From NCBI GenBank assembly GCA_031549385.1, contig JAVBPW010000004.1, positions 12,043 through 76,042 on the forward strand: a stretch of 64,000 nucleotides of DNA. The letters run 5' to 3'. The translations under genes were made by a program, and so were the position numbers. The number at the start of each line of letters is the position of its first letter. Within the stretch, counting starts at the first letter, position 1. The notes beneath the pieces are model-generated. The model was not told the origin of the DNA. It worked only from the letters and a program-made list of their open reading frames with translations, and ran no database searches. This DNA comes from Alphaproteobacteria bacterium. GTDB taxonomy: Bacteria; Pseudomonadota; Alphaproteobacteria; Rs-D84; SZUA-605. Positions 54,654-64,000 of this stretch are shown here, piece by piece.

Positions 54654-56408
54654 TTATTTATATACATAATGTATAACAATTTTAGGTTTCTTATCAGAGA
54701 AATCTCTTAAAACCTTTCTAACGCCTGTACTAATAGCTTGATTTAATCCTTCTGGGCTTCGCTGAGATGATTTATCTAGGTTTTTAAGTTCTGAAACTAT
54801 ACTAACTTCAATTTGTCGCTTCATCATACCAGTTTCTTCAGTTTCAAAAACTCCAACGGAGGATACTTGAGGTGTATCTTTCAAAAATCCTTTTTTATCT
54901 ATACTGATAGTTGCAAAAACAACTCCATCATAAAAGGCTTTCTTTCTGTTTCTAAACACAGCATCAGAAGTACTTAAAACTCTATTTCCTTCAATAACTA
55001 AAGCACCGACTTCAATCTTTTCAATAATTTCAGGAGCTTTATCTTTATAAAAAGCAACTACATCTCCATTATTAAGCATAAATGAAGTAGGAACTCCACA
55101 ATCTCTTGCTAATTTCATATGTAAGAATTGAGATAATTTATCTCCATGCATAGGAAGTAAAGCTTTTGGCTTACATAGTTTAAAGAATTCTAAAAACTCG
55201 CTATAACCAGCATGTCCATGTGCGTGTATCATAGGATTATCATTAACAGTAAAAAGATTAGCATCTTTATCAATAATCTTTCCATATAGGTATAAAACAT
55301 CTTTTTCATTACCTGGAATAATAGAAGATGAGAATATAACAGCATCGTCTTTATTTAAAGAAAGAGATTTAATGTTGTCGTTTAATAACTTATTCATAGC
55401 AGCCAAGGGTTCACCTTGACAACCTGTCATAATATAGCAAACTTCATTATCTTTAAGTTTTGAAGCTTCTTCTTGAGTAATAAAGTTACATTTAGTCAAA
55501 AATCCAGCTTTTTTAGCAATTTCTACATTAGTATTAATAGATCTTCCAATATAACAAACCTTACGGCCTAATTTTGTAGCATTATCATAAATACTTTGCA
55601 TACGAGCAAGTGAAGAAGAGAATAGGGTAATAAATAATTTTCTTTTATATTGTCCCATAGCTTTATATAAATTCTCTTTTACAGTGTCTTCACCCCATGC
55701 TTCAGTTTTTCTATAAACTTCAGTAGAATCTCCAACAACGCATAAGAAATTTTCATTATTCAAAGCTTTCAAAGAATCAAAATCTGTTCTAGGTTCAAGT
55801 AATGGTGCGGGTGAAAAACTCCAATCTCCGGTATGTAAAACTGTACCAACTGGCGTTCTTATTGCAACCATGTAACTTTGCAAAGTTAAGTGTGTAGAAT
55901 GTATAAATTTCAATTCAAAACTACCTACTTTTACTGTTTCACCTTCAGGTTTTATAGTAACATATTTAGGCTTCAAATCACTAGACACACCAAGCTGATC
56001 TTCAATGCTAGATTGAATTTTAAGAATTCCAAGTGGTGACGCATAAATTGGGCAGTTGCTAAAATATTCTTTTACATAATGAGCAATAGCACCCAAGTGA
56101 TCTTCATGCCAATGAGTAAGAACAAAGCCTACAATTTTCTTATCTTTTAATATAGAAAGATCAGGAACAATACGATCAGTTGTTAAAGTATTGTCCATCA
56201 AAATTCCACAATCAACGATTAACCATTCATCTTTATAACAATAAGCATAACAACTCATAGTCACACCTTGGAAACCTCCAAGTGGAATAAATTTAAAATC
56301 ACTTGATGATTTTTTATTTAAATTATTTGTAACATTATCAAATGTTAAATCGTCATTATTATAGTTAATTTTCTTATTTACTTTTTTATTACCTTTTTTA
56401 TTTGGCAT
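54654..56408 (-). CDS. rnj: Ribonuclease J (metallo-beta-lactamase/beta-CASP family)
   Basis: 584 aa. HWHEDHLG motif, beta-CASP region and C-terminal domain. A 30-aa Lys/Asn-rich N-terminal extension. Confidence 0.7.
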   Translation of the reverse strand: MPNKKGNKKVNKKINYNNDDLTFDNVTNNLNKKSSSDFKFIPLGGFQGVTMSCYAYCYKDEWLIVDCGILMDNTLTTDRIVPDLSILKDKKIVGFVLTHWHEDHLGAIAHYVKEYFSNCPIYASPLGILKIQSSIEDQLGVSSDLKPKYVTIKPEGETVKVGSFELKFIHSTHLTLQSYMVAIRTPVGTVLHTGDWSFSPAPLLEPRTDFDSLKALNNENFLCVVGDSTEVYRKTEAWGEDTVKENLYKAMGQYKRKLFITLFSSSLARMQSIYDNATKLGRKVCYIGRSINTNVEIAKKAGFLTKCNFITQEEASKLKDNEVCYIMTGCQGEPLAAMNKLLNDNIKSLSLNKDDAVIFSSSIIPGNEKDVLYLYGKIIDKDANLFTVNDNPMIHAHGHAGYSEFLEFFKLCKPKALLPMHGDKLSQFLHMKLARDCGVPTSFMLNNGDVVAFYKDKAPEIIEKIEVGALVIEGNRVLSTSDAVFRNRKKAFYDGVVFATISIDKKGFLKDTPQVSSVGVFETEETGMMKRQIEVSIVSELKNLDKSSQRSPEGLNQAISTGVRKVLRDFSDKKPKIVIHYVYK

Positions 56409-58977
56409 TTAATTCCTTTATTATATTTTTTATATTTTCTTTAATTTTATCAGCATTATAATCGCTATTTAAACCACTTTGTGCAACGTCCTTTGTTCCA
56501 CCACCAGAGGCAGTAATCTTCTTTAAAATATCAACTGAATCAATATTGATGTTATTAGCAATAATAGCTCCATTTTTCCCTTCAAGTGAAGTAATTAAAA
56601 ATACAATTCCTTCAAATCTATTTAAGAACTGTTTAGCAATTGCTTTAGCTGAATTCATATCTGTTTTTAGTTCTTTAAAGAACAATTTAGTCTTATTAAC
56701 TTCAACTAAATCATTAACATTAAATTCTTTAGCTAAGAGTGATGTCTTTAATTCATCAATTTCCTTTTGAAGTTTCTTATTATTATCAACTAAACTCTTT
56801 GCTTTACTGTCAATTTCATTAGTTCCAATTTTAAAAGTAGAAGCAATGTTATCAATAATCTGCATCTGTTGTTGGTTATACTCAACAGCACGAGGTCCTG
56901 TATAGGCTTCAATTCTGCGTACTCCAGAAGCAATAGCTCTTTCAGATATAATCTTTACATATCCAATATCTCCAGTTCTTTGAGCATGAGTTCCACCGCA
57001 AAATTCCATAGAAATATCACCCATTCTAACTACTCTAACAACGTCATCATATTTCTCACCAAACAAAGCTAAAGCGCCTTGTTGTATAGCTTCATCTTTA
57101 TTTAAAAGCAGGGTACAAATATCTGTATTTGCAACAATATATGAATTTATTAAAACTTCTATTTTATTCAATTCATCTTGAGTTAGAGCTTTTTGATGAG
57201 AGAAGTCAAAACGTAAAATATCATCACCAACTTGTGATCCGCGTTGTGAAGCAGAATTACCAATAACACTCTTTAAAGCTTTTTGAAATAAGTGAGCTCC
57301 AGAGTGTGCACGAAGGTTAGCTTTTCTAGCATCTTCATTAACTACAGCTTCAACTTTATCTCCAACTTTAAATTGATTTTTCACTTTTATAAGACAAGCT
57401 ATAATGTTTTTAATAGGTCTAATACTATCAATAACTTCATTATTATTTATAAATCCAGTATCACCAATTTGTCCACCAGTCTCACCATAAAAAGGTGTTT
57501 TTTCAAGTACTACTAAAACTTCATCATTAACTAAACAACTATCTGTTAATTCACCATTTTTAACAATAGCTACAACTTTAGAAACTTCTTTAAGTTTTTC
57601 ATATCCAACGAATTCAGTCTTACCAAATTTTTCTTCAATTTCAAACCAAACTTTATCGCCTTTTGTAGCTCCAGAGAACTTAGAAGATTTTTTAGACCTT
57701 TCTTTTTGTTCATTCATATTGTCTTCAAATTCTTTCATATCAACAGTGATACCATCTTTTTTCAAAGCATCTTGTGTCATATCAATAGGGAACCCATAAG
57801 TATCATAAAGTTTAAATGCAGTTTCGCCACTAAGTTTATCACCTTTCTTTAATTCAAAAGTTTCATCTTTTAATATTTTTAATCCAACAGATAATGTCTT
57901 TAAGAAAGTTTCTTCTTCTTTTAAAATAACGGCATTAATAGTTTCTTTTGCAAGTATAATTTCTTTATAAGTATCACCCATTTCTTCATAAATAATTTGA
58001 GTTAACTTATTTAAAATAGGATCTTTTACACCCAAAACATTAGCATAACGCATAGCTCTTCTCATAATTCTTCGAAGAACATAACCTCTACCTTCATTTG
58101 AAGGAAGAACTCCGTCGGCAATTAAGAAAACCATACAGCGTAGATGGTCAGCAATAACATTAAATGGTGCAATATTTTCAGAATTCATTTTTACTTTAAT
58201 TTTATCAGATATAAAATTCTTAATATTCATAAAAGTATCAGTTTCATAGTTAGATAATTTACCTTGTAAAACGCTAGCCCATCTTTCTAATCCGCCACCT
58301 GTATCTATATTTTTAGAAGGCAAATCAATATATTTGCCACCACCAAGAGATTCTTGTTGCATAAATACATTATTCCATATTTCAACAAATCGGTCACCGT
58401 CTTCATCTTTACTTCCAGGTTTTCCACCTTTTACACCTTCACCATAATCATAGAATATTTCGCTACAAGGTCCACAAGGTCCAGTTTCTCCCATTTCCCA
58501 AAAGTTATCTTTGGTTGCAATTCTAATAATTCTGTCATCACCCCATCCAGTAACTTTTTTCCAAATATCAAAAGCTTCATCATCAGTATGGTAAACAGTA
58601 GCAAGTAATCTTTTTTCGTCAAATTTCAATTCTTTAGTAAGTAATTCATAAGCATATAAAATAGCTTCCTCTTTAAAGTAATCCCCAAAAGAAAAATTAC
58701 CGAGCATTTCAAAGAAAGTATGGTGACGAGCAGTATAGCCTACATTGTCAAGATCATTATGTTTTCCGCCAGCTCTAACGCATTTTTGCACTGTAACAGC
58801 TCTTTTATAAGGAGCTTTTTCTTTTCCAGTAAAAATATCTTTAAATTGGTTCATACCAGCATTAGTGAAAAGCAAAGTGGGGTCATTTTGTGGCACCAAA
58901 GATGATGATGGTACATGGATATGACTTCTTTTTTCAAAAAATTCTATATATTTTTTTCTTATATCATTTAATTTCAT
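56398..58977 (-). CDS. alaS: Alanine--tRNA ligase
   Basis: 859 aa. Class II aaRS core, editing domain with HxxxH/CGGTH (SGAHLF..., CGGTHAQRTGDIG) and C-terminal DHHA1-like region. Overlaps the rnj start by 11 nt. Confidence 0.9.
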   Translation of the reverse strand: MKLNDIRKKYIEFFEKRSHIHVPSSSLVPQNDPTLLFTNAGMNQFKDIFTGKEKAPYKRAVTVQKCVRAGGKHNDLDNVGYTARHHTFFEMLGNFSFGDYFKEEAILYAYELLTKELKFDEKRLLATVYHTDDEAFDIWKKVTGWGDDRIIRIATKDNFWEMGETGPCGPCSEIFYDYGEGVKGGKPGSKDEDGDRFVEIWNNVFMQQESLGGGKYIDLPSKNIDTGGGLERWASVLQGKLSNYETDTFMNIKNFISDKIKVKMNSENIAPFNVIADHLRCMVFLIADGVLPSNEGRGYVLRRIMRRAMRYANVLGVKDPILNKLTQIIYEEMGDTYKEIILAKETINAVILKEEETFLKTLSVGLKILKDETFELKKGDKLSGETAFKLYDTYGFPIDMTQDALKKDGITVDMKEFEDNMNEQKERSKKSSKFSGATKGDKVWFEIEEKFGKTEFVGYEKLKEVSKVVAIVKNGELTDSCLVNDEVLVVLEKTPFYGETGGQIGDTGFINNNEVIDSIRPIKNIIACLIKVKNQFKVGDKVEAVVNEDARKANLRAHSGAHLFQKALKSVIGNSASQRGSQVGDDILRFDFSHQKALTQDELNKIEVLINSYIVANTDICTLLLNKDEAIQQGALALFGEKYDDVVRVVRMGDISMEFCGGTHAQRTGDIGYVKIISERAIASGVRRIEAYTGPRAVEYNQQQMQIIDNIASTFKIGTNEIDSKAKSLVDNNKKLQKEIDELKTSLLAKEFNVNDLVEVNKTKLFFKELKTDMNSAKAIAKQFLNRFEGIVFLITSLEGKNGAIIANNINIDSVDILKKITASGGGTKDVAQSGLNSDYNADKIKENIKNIIKELNAK

Positions 58978-59125
58978 TGTTTTATTTTCCTCGAATATTT
59001 TTCTTCAATTATAATTGTATAATTCACAAATACAATAATTTATTGTTAATCAAAAAAAATCTTTTAATAAGCTTAAAAATATGATAAAATACCTATAAGA
59101 AGAGGAAAATACGAAAGGAGGAAAT

Positions 59126-62035
59126 ATGAAATTAAAAAATTTTATATTCATTATGGTTTCAATATTTGCAATAACATCAGCCCAAGCTCAATGGAGTAAT
59201 GGGAATAATGCATATATGACTGGCAGTGGCTATACTTGCCAAGATTTGGCATCAGGTACTGTATGTGACACAAACAGAGTTGCTACAAATTATTCAAATC
59301 AAGTAATAAATACCATAGGTTATGAAGATAAATATGCAACTCTCAATATAAAACATGCTCTTTCAAATTACCCTATTCAAATTTTAGGAGAAAACTATCT
59401 CAATATCAATATAGATTCAACAGGATCTATAAAATATTTAACAAATGGAACTTTTGGAATATATGTTGGAAATGGTTCAGTAGTGACAGTTTTAAACGGC
59501 GACTTAACAAATTCTGGAGAATTATCAAGATTAATGATAGCTAACAAGGCAACATTCAATGGTGATATTATCAACAATGGAAAGCTAGCGAACACAACAA
59601 ATGCTGGTGGAAATGGGGTGTTAATATTGTCTAATGGAAGTACTTTCAATGGAAACATTATAAACAATATTGGTGGTGAAATTTCCCAACAATATTCTCC
59701 AGCAGGAATTACGGGTGCAACATTCAATGGTAGTCTAATAAATTATGGTACTATAAAAACAGCTTTTTTAACAGGATATATTGAAGAAATTGCTTTATCA
59801 ATAAGAACAAGTACTCTTGGAGGAACTGATTATATAGTTAAAAATTTAGGTTCTTCAGCATTAATAACAGGAAAAGTGGCAGTACAATTAAAAACTCTAA
59901 CATTATCTAAGGATCAAAAACTTGTATATAATGAAGGAACTATCAAAGGAAATGAAGCATTAACTCTTGATGCAGTACAATATATAACATTTGAAGAAGA
60001 TTCTGCAGCAAATCTTAATTTTATAGAAAATACAGGAAATCTAATAAGATATGATTTAACAACATTAAGTTATGGTTTAAATATAAAAGGTTCTACAATA
60101 GGTGCAGAAGGATATAAAAGAAACATATTAAACTCAGGATTAATAACTGGTTCTCAAGCTTTTAATATGTCAACAACAACGCTTTATGGAGATATTGTAA
60201 ATACTGGAAACAATGGAAAAGGAATTCTTTCTATGGATGGAACTTCTGGCTCAGCAATGGTAATTTCATCTTCTAACATATATGGAAATATTGTTAACAA
60301 TGGTGATATATTAGCAAAATCTACAGCTATATCAATAACTGGTGCAACAGGAGCTCTTCATGGGAAAATAATAAATTCTGGTGAAATTTCTGGTGGAATG
60401 ATGGGAATAAATATTCAAAGTGCATCTTTCTTAGGAAGTATTGAAAATTCAGGTACAATATCTACTACGGCTACAACTGGAACCAACAGAAATGCAATAA
60501 GATTTTATCAAGCACAATTGTTTGGAACTATAAAAAATGAATCTACAGGTATTATTACTAGTGAAAAAAGAGGTATTTCAATTGAATTAAATTCTGTTAT
60601 AAATGAAAGTTTCAAAATCATAAATGAAGGAACAATAACAGGAAATGAATATTCAATCTATAATGCAATTGATTCTGCAATTAATTATCAAGGAAACGGA
60701 ACTATTAATGGGGATTTATATTCAGAAGGTGGTTTTATATTCTCAGATATGAACAGAGGAGTAATTGAAAATGTTGTAAAAGGTGATGTGACATACCAAG
60801 GTACAAATACTCAATTAAATATAGAATACGCTGATGATGGATCAGATATGATTGTTGCAAAAATCACTAATTTAGATAGTTTATCATTGTTAAATATCTA
60901 TTTGAATATAGATACTTTATCTGCTCAACAATTAACAAATGGTCATTATCTAATAGCTTCATCTTTAAATGGAACTGTCTCATTTAATGGTATTTCTCTT
61001 ATGGAAAATGGAATCCTTGTAAGTAATTTAGATTACTTGTTTTACTTAAATGAAGAAACTAATGAATTGTGGTTAAATTTAAGAGATATTCCAACTCCAC
61101 CACCAGCAATAGATACAGATAAAAAAATACCTGGTGCAACAGCAATATCATCAATTAATTCTGTAAGACGATTGGGCAGAAATATCTCAAATAATCAAAT
61201 GGTAAGAGTATTTCAAAACAATATAAAGAATAACTTGAAGCTTTCATTAGCTCAATCAAATCAACTTATGACAGATTTCTTTGAAGGTGGGTTGTATCAA
61301 AAAAGAAAGAATACATTTTGGATGGAATACTACACTGGATCTGAAAAATATGCATCTCAAGGTAATATAGCAAAATTTTCAAACGATTACCAAGGTGTTG
61401 TTATGGGATATGATTACCAAATTAAAAAGTTAACAGTGGGTGGGTCAATAGCTTACGATAAAGATACTGGTAAATCAGTTGATTACAAAGAATCTTCACA
61501 TTCTTACAAAGGAAGTTTATATGCAAGTTTAGATATTAAATCATGGTTTATTCTTGGAAATATAGGCTATGCAAGTGTAGAATCAGATAATGAAATTCAA
61601 GGTGATGGTGACGTTTCGTTCTTTCAATTAAGTGCTGGTAAAGTATTTGTAGGCAAACATTTTGTAGGAGATATCTATACAAAATACGACTCAGCAATTG
61701 GTAAATTTGAGGACAATACTACAACTTCAAACATATTATCTATTGGTGGTGATTTAAAATATGTACTTTCAATGCCAGTTCTTGGAAAAATCGTTCCAAC
61801 AGTATTTTATGAACTAGGATATGAATTATCAGATGGTATGGTAAGAACATATGACTTAAATCCATTCACAGCATCTAATGATAAATATGAACTTGGAAAC
61901 TTAATTCACTCATATGGAGTAAGATTGCAATACATAGTAAAAAGTGGAAGTTCTGTTTATTTAGGATATGAAGGACAATCAAGAGAAGATTACTCGTCTC
62001 AAGAATTCAGATTTGGAGCTGCTTTAAAGTTCTAA
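59126..62035 (+). CDS. Autotransporter (type Va) with beta-helical Gly/Asn-rich passenger and C-terminal beta-barrel translocator
   Basis: SD AAAGGAGGAAAT. Signal peptide MKLKNFIFIMVSIFAITSAQA. Reiterated xFNGxIINNGxL / GNIVNNGDI pseudo-repeats (parallel beta-helix style). The last about 280 aa have typical autotransporter beta-domain periodicity ending ...FGAALKF. Confidence 0.7.
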   Translation: MKLKNFIFIMVSIFAITSAQAQWSNGNNAYMTGSGYTCQDLASGTVCDTNRVATNYSNQVINTIGYEDKYATLNIKHALSNYPIQILGENYLNINIDSTGSIKYLTNGTFGIYVGNGSVVTVLNGDLTNSGELSRLMIANKATFNGDIINNGKLANTTNAGGNGVLILSNGSTFNGNIINNIGGEISQQYSPAGITGATFNGSLINYGTIKTAFLTGYIEEIALSIRTSTLGGTDYIVKNLGSSALITGKVAVQLKTLTLSKDQKLVYNEGTIKGNEALTLDAVQYITFEEDSAANLNFIENTGNLIRYDLTTLSYGLNIKGSTIGAEGYKRNILNSGLITGSQAFNMSTTTLYGDIVNTGNNGKGILSMDGTSGSAMVISSSNIYGNIVNNGDILAKSTAISITGATGALHGKIINSGEISGGMMGINIQSASFLGSIENSGTISTTATTGTNRNAIRFYQAQLFGTIKNESTGIITSEKRGISIELNSVINESFKIINEGTITGNEYSIYNAIDSAINYQGNGTINGDLYSEGGFIFSDMNRGVIENVVKGDVTYQGTNTQLNIEYADDGSDMIVAKITNLDSLSLLNIYLNIDTLSAQQLTNGHYLIASSLNGTVSFNGISLMENGILVSNLDYLFYLNEETNELWLNLRDIPTPPPAIDTDKKIPGATAISSINSVRRLGRNISNNQMVRVFQNNIKNNLKLSLAQSNQLMTDFFEGGLYQKRKNTFWMEYYTGSEKYASQGNIAKFSNDYQGVVMGYDYQIKKLTVGGSIAYDKDTGKSVDYKESSHSYKGSLYASLDIKSWFILGNIGYASVESDNEIQGDGDVSFFQLSAGKVFVGKHFVGDIYTKYDSAIGKFEDNTTTSNILSIGGDLKYVLSMPVLGKIVPTVFYELGYELSDGMVRTYDLNPFTASNDKYELGNLIHSYGVRLQYIVKSGSSVYLGYEGQSREDYSSQEFRFGAALKF

Positions 62036-62069
62036 AAGATATAAAATTAAATCTCCAAAAGGGGATTTT

Positions 62070-63434
62070 TTATTTAGCATATTTATTTTCTTGTTTTTTA
62101 ACCTTTATTCTAACAGGTGTTCCGTGTAAATCAAAAGTTTTAGTAATAGAATTAACTAAATACTTCAAATAATTATCAGGCAAATCAGAAGCTGATCCAA
62201 CAAATAAAACAAATGAAGGTGGTCTTATTCCAATCTGAGTTATATATTTAACTTTCATAGGCGATTTATTTTTTGAAAGAGGAGGTGATTTAACAGATAA
62301 AGCATCATCTAACCACTTATTCAAAGCAGATGTAGGAATTCTGTAATTCCATTCATCATAGGTCTTAATAATTTTATCTAACAGTTTATTAATTCCACCT
62401 CTTTTAATAGCAGATATAGTCAAAACTGTAATGCCCTTTAATTGATTAAAAGATCTCATAAGAGTATCATTAGCTTCACTAATAATTCTTTTTTTATCAT
62501 AAGCTTCAACTGAATCTTCTTTATTTAAAACGATAATAACAGGGCGTCCTTCTTCAACAGTCTTCTCAGCAAGCTTTAAGTCTTGAACTCCAAGCCCTTC
62601 ATTTATATCGATTAAAAGAACAACTAAATTAACCTCACCAACAGTTTCAAAGGTTTTGTATGTTGATAATTTATGTAATTCATCTTTAATCCTTGCTTGT
62701 TTTCTAACGCCAGCAGTATCAGTAATAATAAAATCTCTACCTCTAAGATGAACTTTATGTTCAATAGATTCTCTGGTTAAATTAGGCATATCTCCAGTTA
62801 ACATAACAGATTTCCCAACTAAAGTATTAGTCAATGTAGACTTTCCACTATTAGGTTTTCCAATAATAGCAAACCTAACAGGTCTATCTTCAGGATTAAC
62901 ATATTTTTCTTCCTTTATTTCTTCATCGTCATCTTCGACAATTCCAAGAATTTCATTAAGTTTTTGGAATAAAAGGTCTAAATGTTGATTTTGAGCAGCA
63001 GAAATACAAACAGGATTACCAAGTCCAAGTCTTAAAAAATCAACCTGAGCTTCACGTCTGATAGCAACAGATTCACATTTATTAGCAATAAGCATAATAG
63101 GTTTCTTAGTTCTTCTAATAAGTTTAGCAAAATGTTCATCCATAGGGTGAATACCGGTTCTGCCATCAACTAAGAACAATACAATATCAGCTTCGTCAAT
63201 AGCTTCTAAAGTTTTTTTAGTCATATCTTTTGTTAATTCAAAGGACTTATCATTTTCAAGCCCAGCTGAATCTATTAAAATATAGTCTTTTCCATTAAAT
63301 TTAATTTGTTTTTCTCGCAAATCTCTGGTTGTTCCAGCTCTTTCATGAACTAACGCATCACGAGATCTAGTCAACATATTGAACAATGTAGACTTTCCAA
63401 CATTAGGTCTTCCAACAAGGATAATTTTTTTCAT
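62070..63434 (-). CDS. der: Ribosome-biogenesis GTPase Der (EngA), double GTPase domain
   Basis: 454 aa. Two G-domains (GRPNVGKSTLFN... and IIGKPNSGKSTLTN...) plus a C-terminal KH-like domain. Confidence 0.9.
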   Translation of the reverse strand: MKKIILVGRPNVGKSTLFNMLTRSRDALVHERAGTTRDLREKQIKFNGKDYILIDSAGLENDKSFELTKDMTKKTLEAIDEADIVLFLVDGRTGIHPMDEHFAKLIRRTKKPIMLIANKCESVAIRREAQVDFLRLGLGNPVCISAAQNQHLDLLFQKLNEILGIVEDDDEEIKEEKYVNPEDRPVRFAIIGKPNSGKSTLTNTLVGKSVMLTGDMPNLTRESIEHKVHLRGRDFIITDTAGVRKQARIKDELHKLSTYKTFETVGEVNLVVLLIDINEGLGVQDLKLAEKTVEEGRPVIIVLNKEDSVEAYDKKRIISEANDTLMRSFNQLKGITVLTISAIKRGGINKLLDKIIKTYDEWNYRIPTSALNKWLDDALSVKSPPLSKNKSPMKVKYITQIGIRPPSFVLFVGSASDLPDNYLKYLVNSITKTFDLHGTPVRIKVKKQENKYAK

Positions 63435-63533
63435 GACTTTAACTTTTTGCTTTTCAATTCTTTTTGTTTATTGTATAATATAACTATGTTTGTATAAAAT
63501 TGCAACAAATTAAGTTTTCAAGGGGAGGACAAT

Positions 63534-64000
63534 ATGCAAGATAAAAAAACTAATAAGTCAAAACTGACTAAAAAGAATGTAGCAAAAGTTGCTAAGAAAG
63601 AGTTTAAGGAAATAAAAACAGAAACAATTGCACAAGGTAAAGCAGTTATTTCAAAAGCTAAAGATATCAGATCAAAAGCAAAGACATACGATTGGAAAAA
63701 TTGGAAGCAGGATTTAATCTTATTCTGTAAGAATTTCTGGAATTCAATAGTAAATCCAAAGTTAGAAGTTTCTACAATTATAGAAGATGGTAACTACGAT
63801 AAAGAAGTGGTAAAAACTGCATTGTATGGACTAGCAGGGGCGTTAATCTCACTATTTTTCATATTCTTAGGTGGAAATCTTCATGTAGAAAATTTACTAA
63901 AATTAGTATACTTACCAATTGCTGCAGTTGTATTCCTATTTGGATTTGCAGGTATTTTAAACATGTTTGCTTTCTATTGCAAAGGAACTATTAATTTTGA
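63534..64000 (+). CDS. Hypothetical membrane protein, 5' partial (continues beyond window end)
   Basis: SD AAGGGGAGGA 6 nt upstream of the ATG. Lys-rich N-terminus, then TM helices (LAGALISLFFIFLGG, LPIAAVVFLFGFAGIL). Runs off the window. Confidence 0.5.
   Translation, partial: MQDKKTNKSKLTKKNVAKVAKKEFKEIKTETIAQGKAVISKAKDIRSKAKTYDWKNWKQDLILFCKNFWNSIVNPKLEVSTIIEDGNYDKEVVKTALYGLAGALISLFFIFLGGNLHVENLLKLVYLPIAAVVFLFGFAGILNMFAFYCKGTINF

Overview
This is a strongly AT-rich chromosomal segment from a Gram-negative bacterium, with proteobacterial-style gene order such as rpmF-plsX-fabH. It carries TatA, lipoproteins, autotransporters, a type IV pilin and a prepilin peptidase. Housekeeping genes (gatB, tatA, rpmF, plsX, fabH, polA, uvrC, aroK, an RNase J, alaS, der, tRNA-Asn and tRNA-Glu) are interspersed with accessory material. 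(1) An ~11-kb liv-type ABC importer operon holds ONE set of permease/ATPase genes (livH, livM, livG, livF) and SEVEN tandem substrate-binding-protein paralogs interleaved among them. (2) A glycosyltransferase-like gene, a YbhN/UPF0104-like membrane protein and a two-HKD phospholipase D/cardiolipin-synthase-like gene sit next to mpg and mgtA. (3) A ~3-kb islet abuts the 3' end of tRNA-Glu. It carries a MuF-type zinc-ribbon::GH108 lysozyme::PG-binding fusion, a small secreted Cys protein, and a protein built from ten 30-bp tandem repeats (FGDRKPRE). (4) A 647-aa secreted Cys-rich/coiled-coil protein is continued in the +1 frame by an intact M23 (LytM) peptidase domain, followed by a small secreted Cys-rich protein, which is a toxin/immunity-like layout. 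(5) A surface block holds a 1626-aa ankyrin-bearing subtilase-like autotransporter whose catalytic Asp and His appear substituted, two Tyr/Gly-rich beta-barrel OMP paralogs, a prepilin peptidase, and a second beta-helical autotransporter. Many clean rho-independent terminators are visible. The two tandem DUF1254/DUF1214-like paralogs at the left edge each carry an identical copy of the same terminator hairpin. No CRISPR array, rRNA or obvious transposase was seen.
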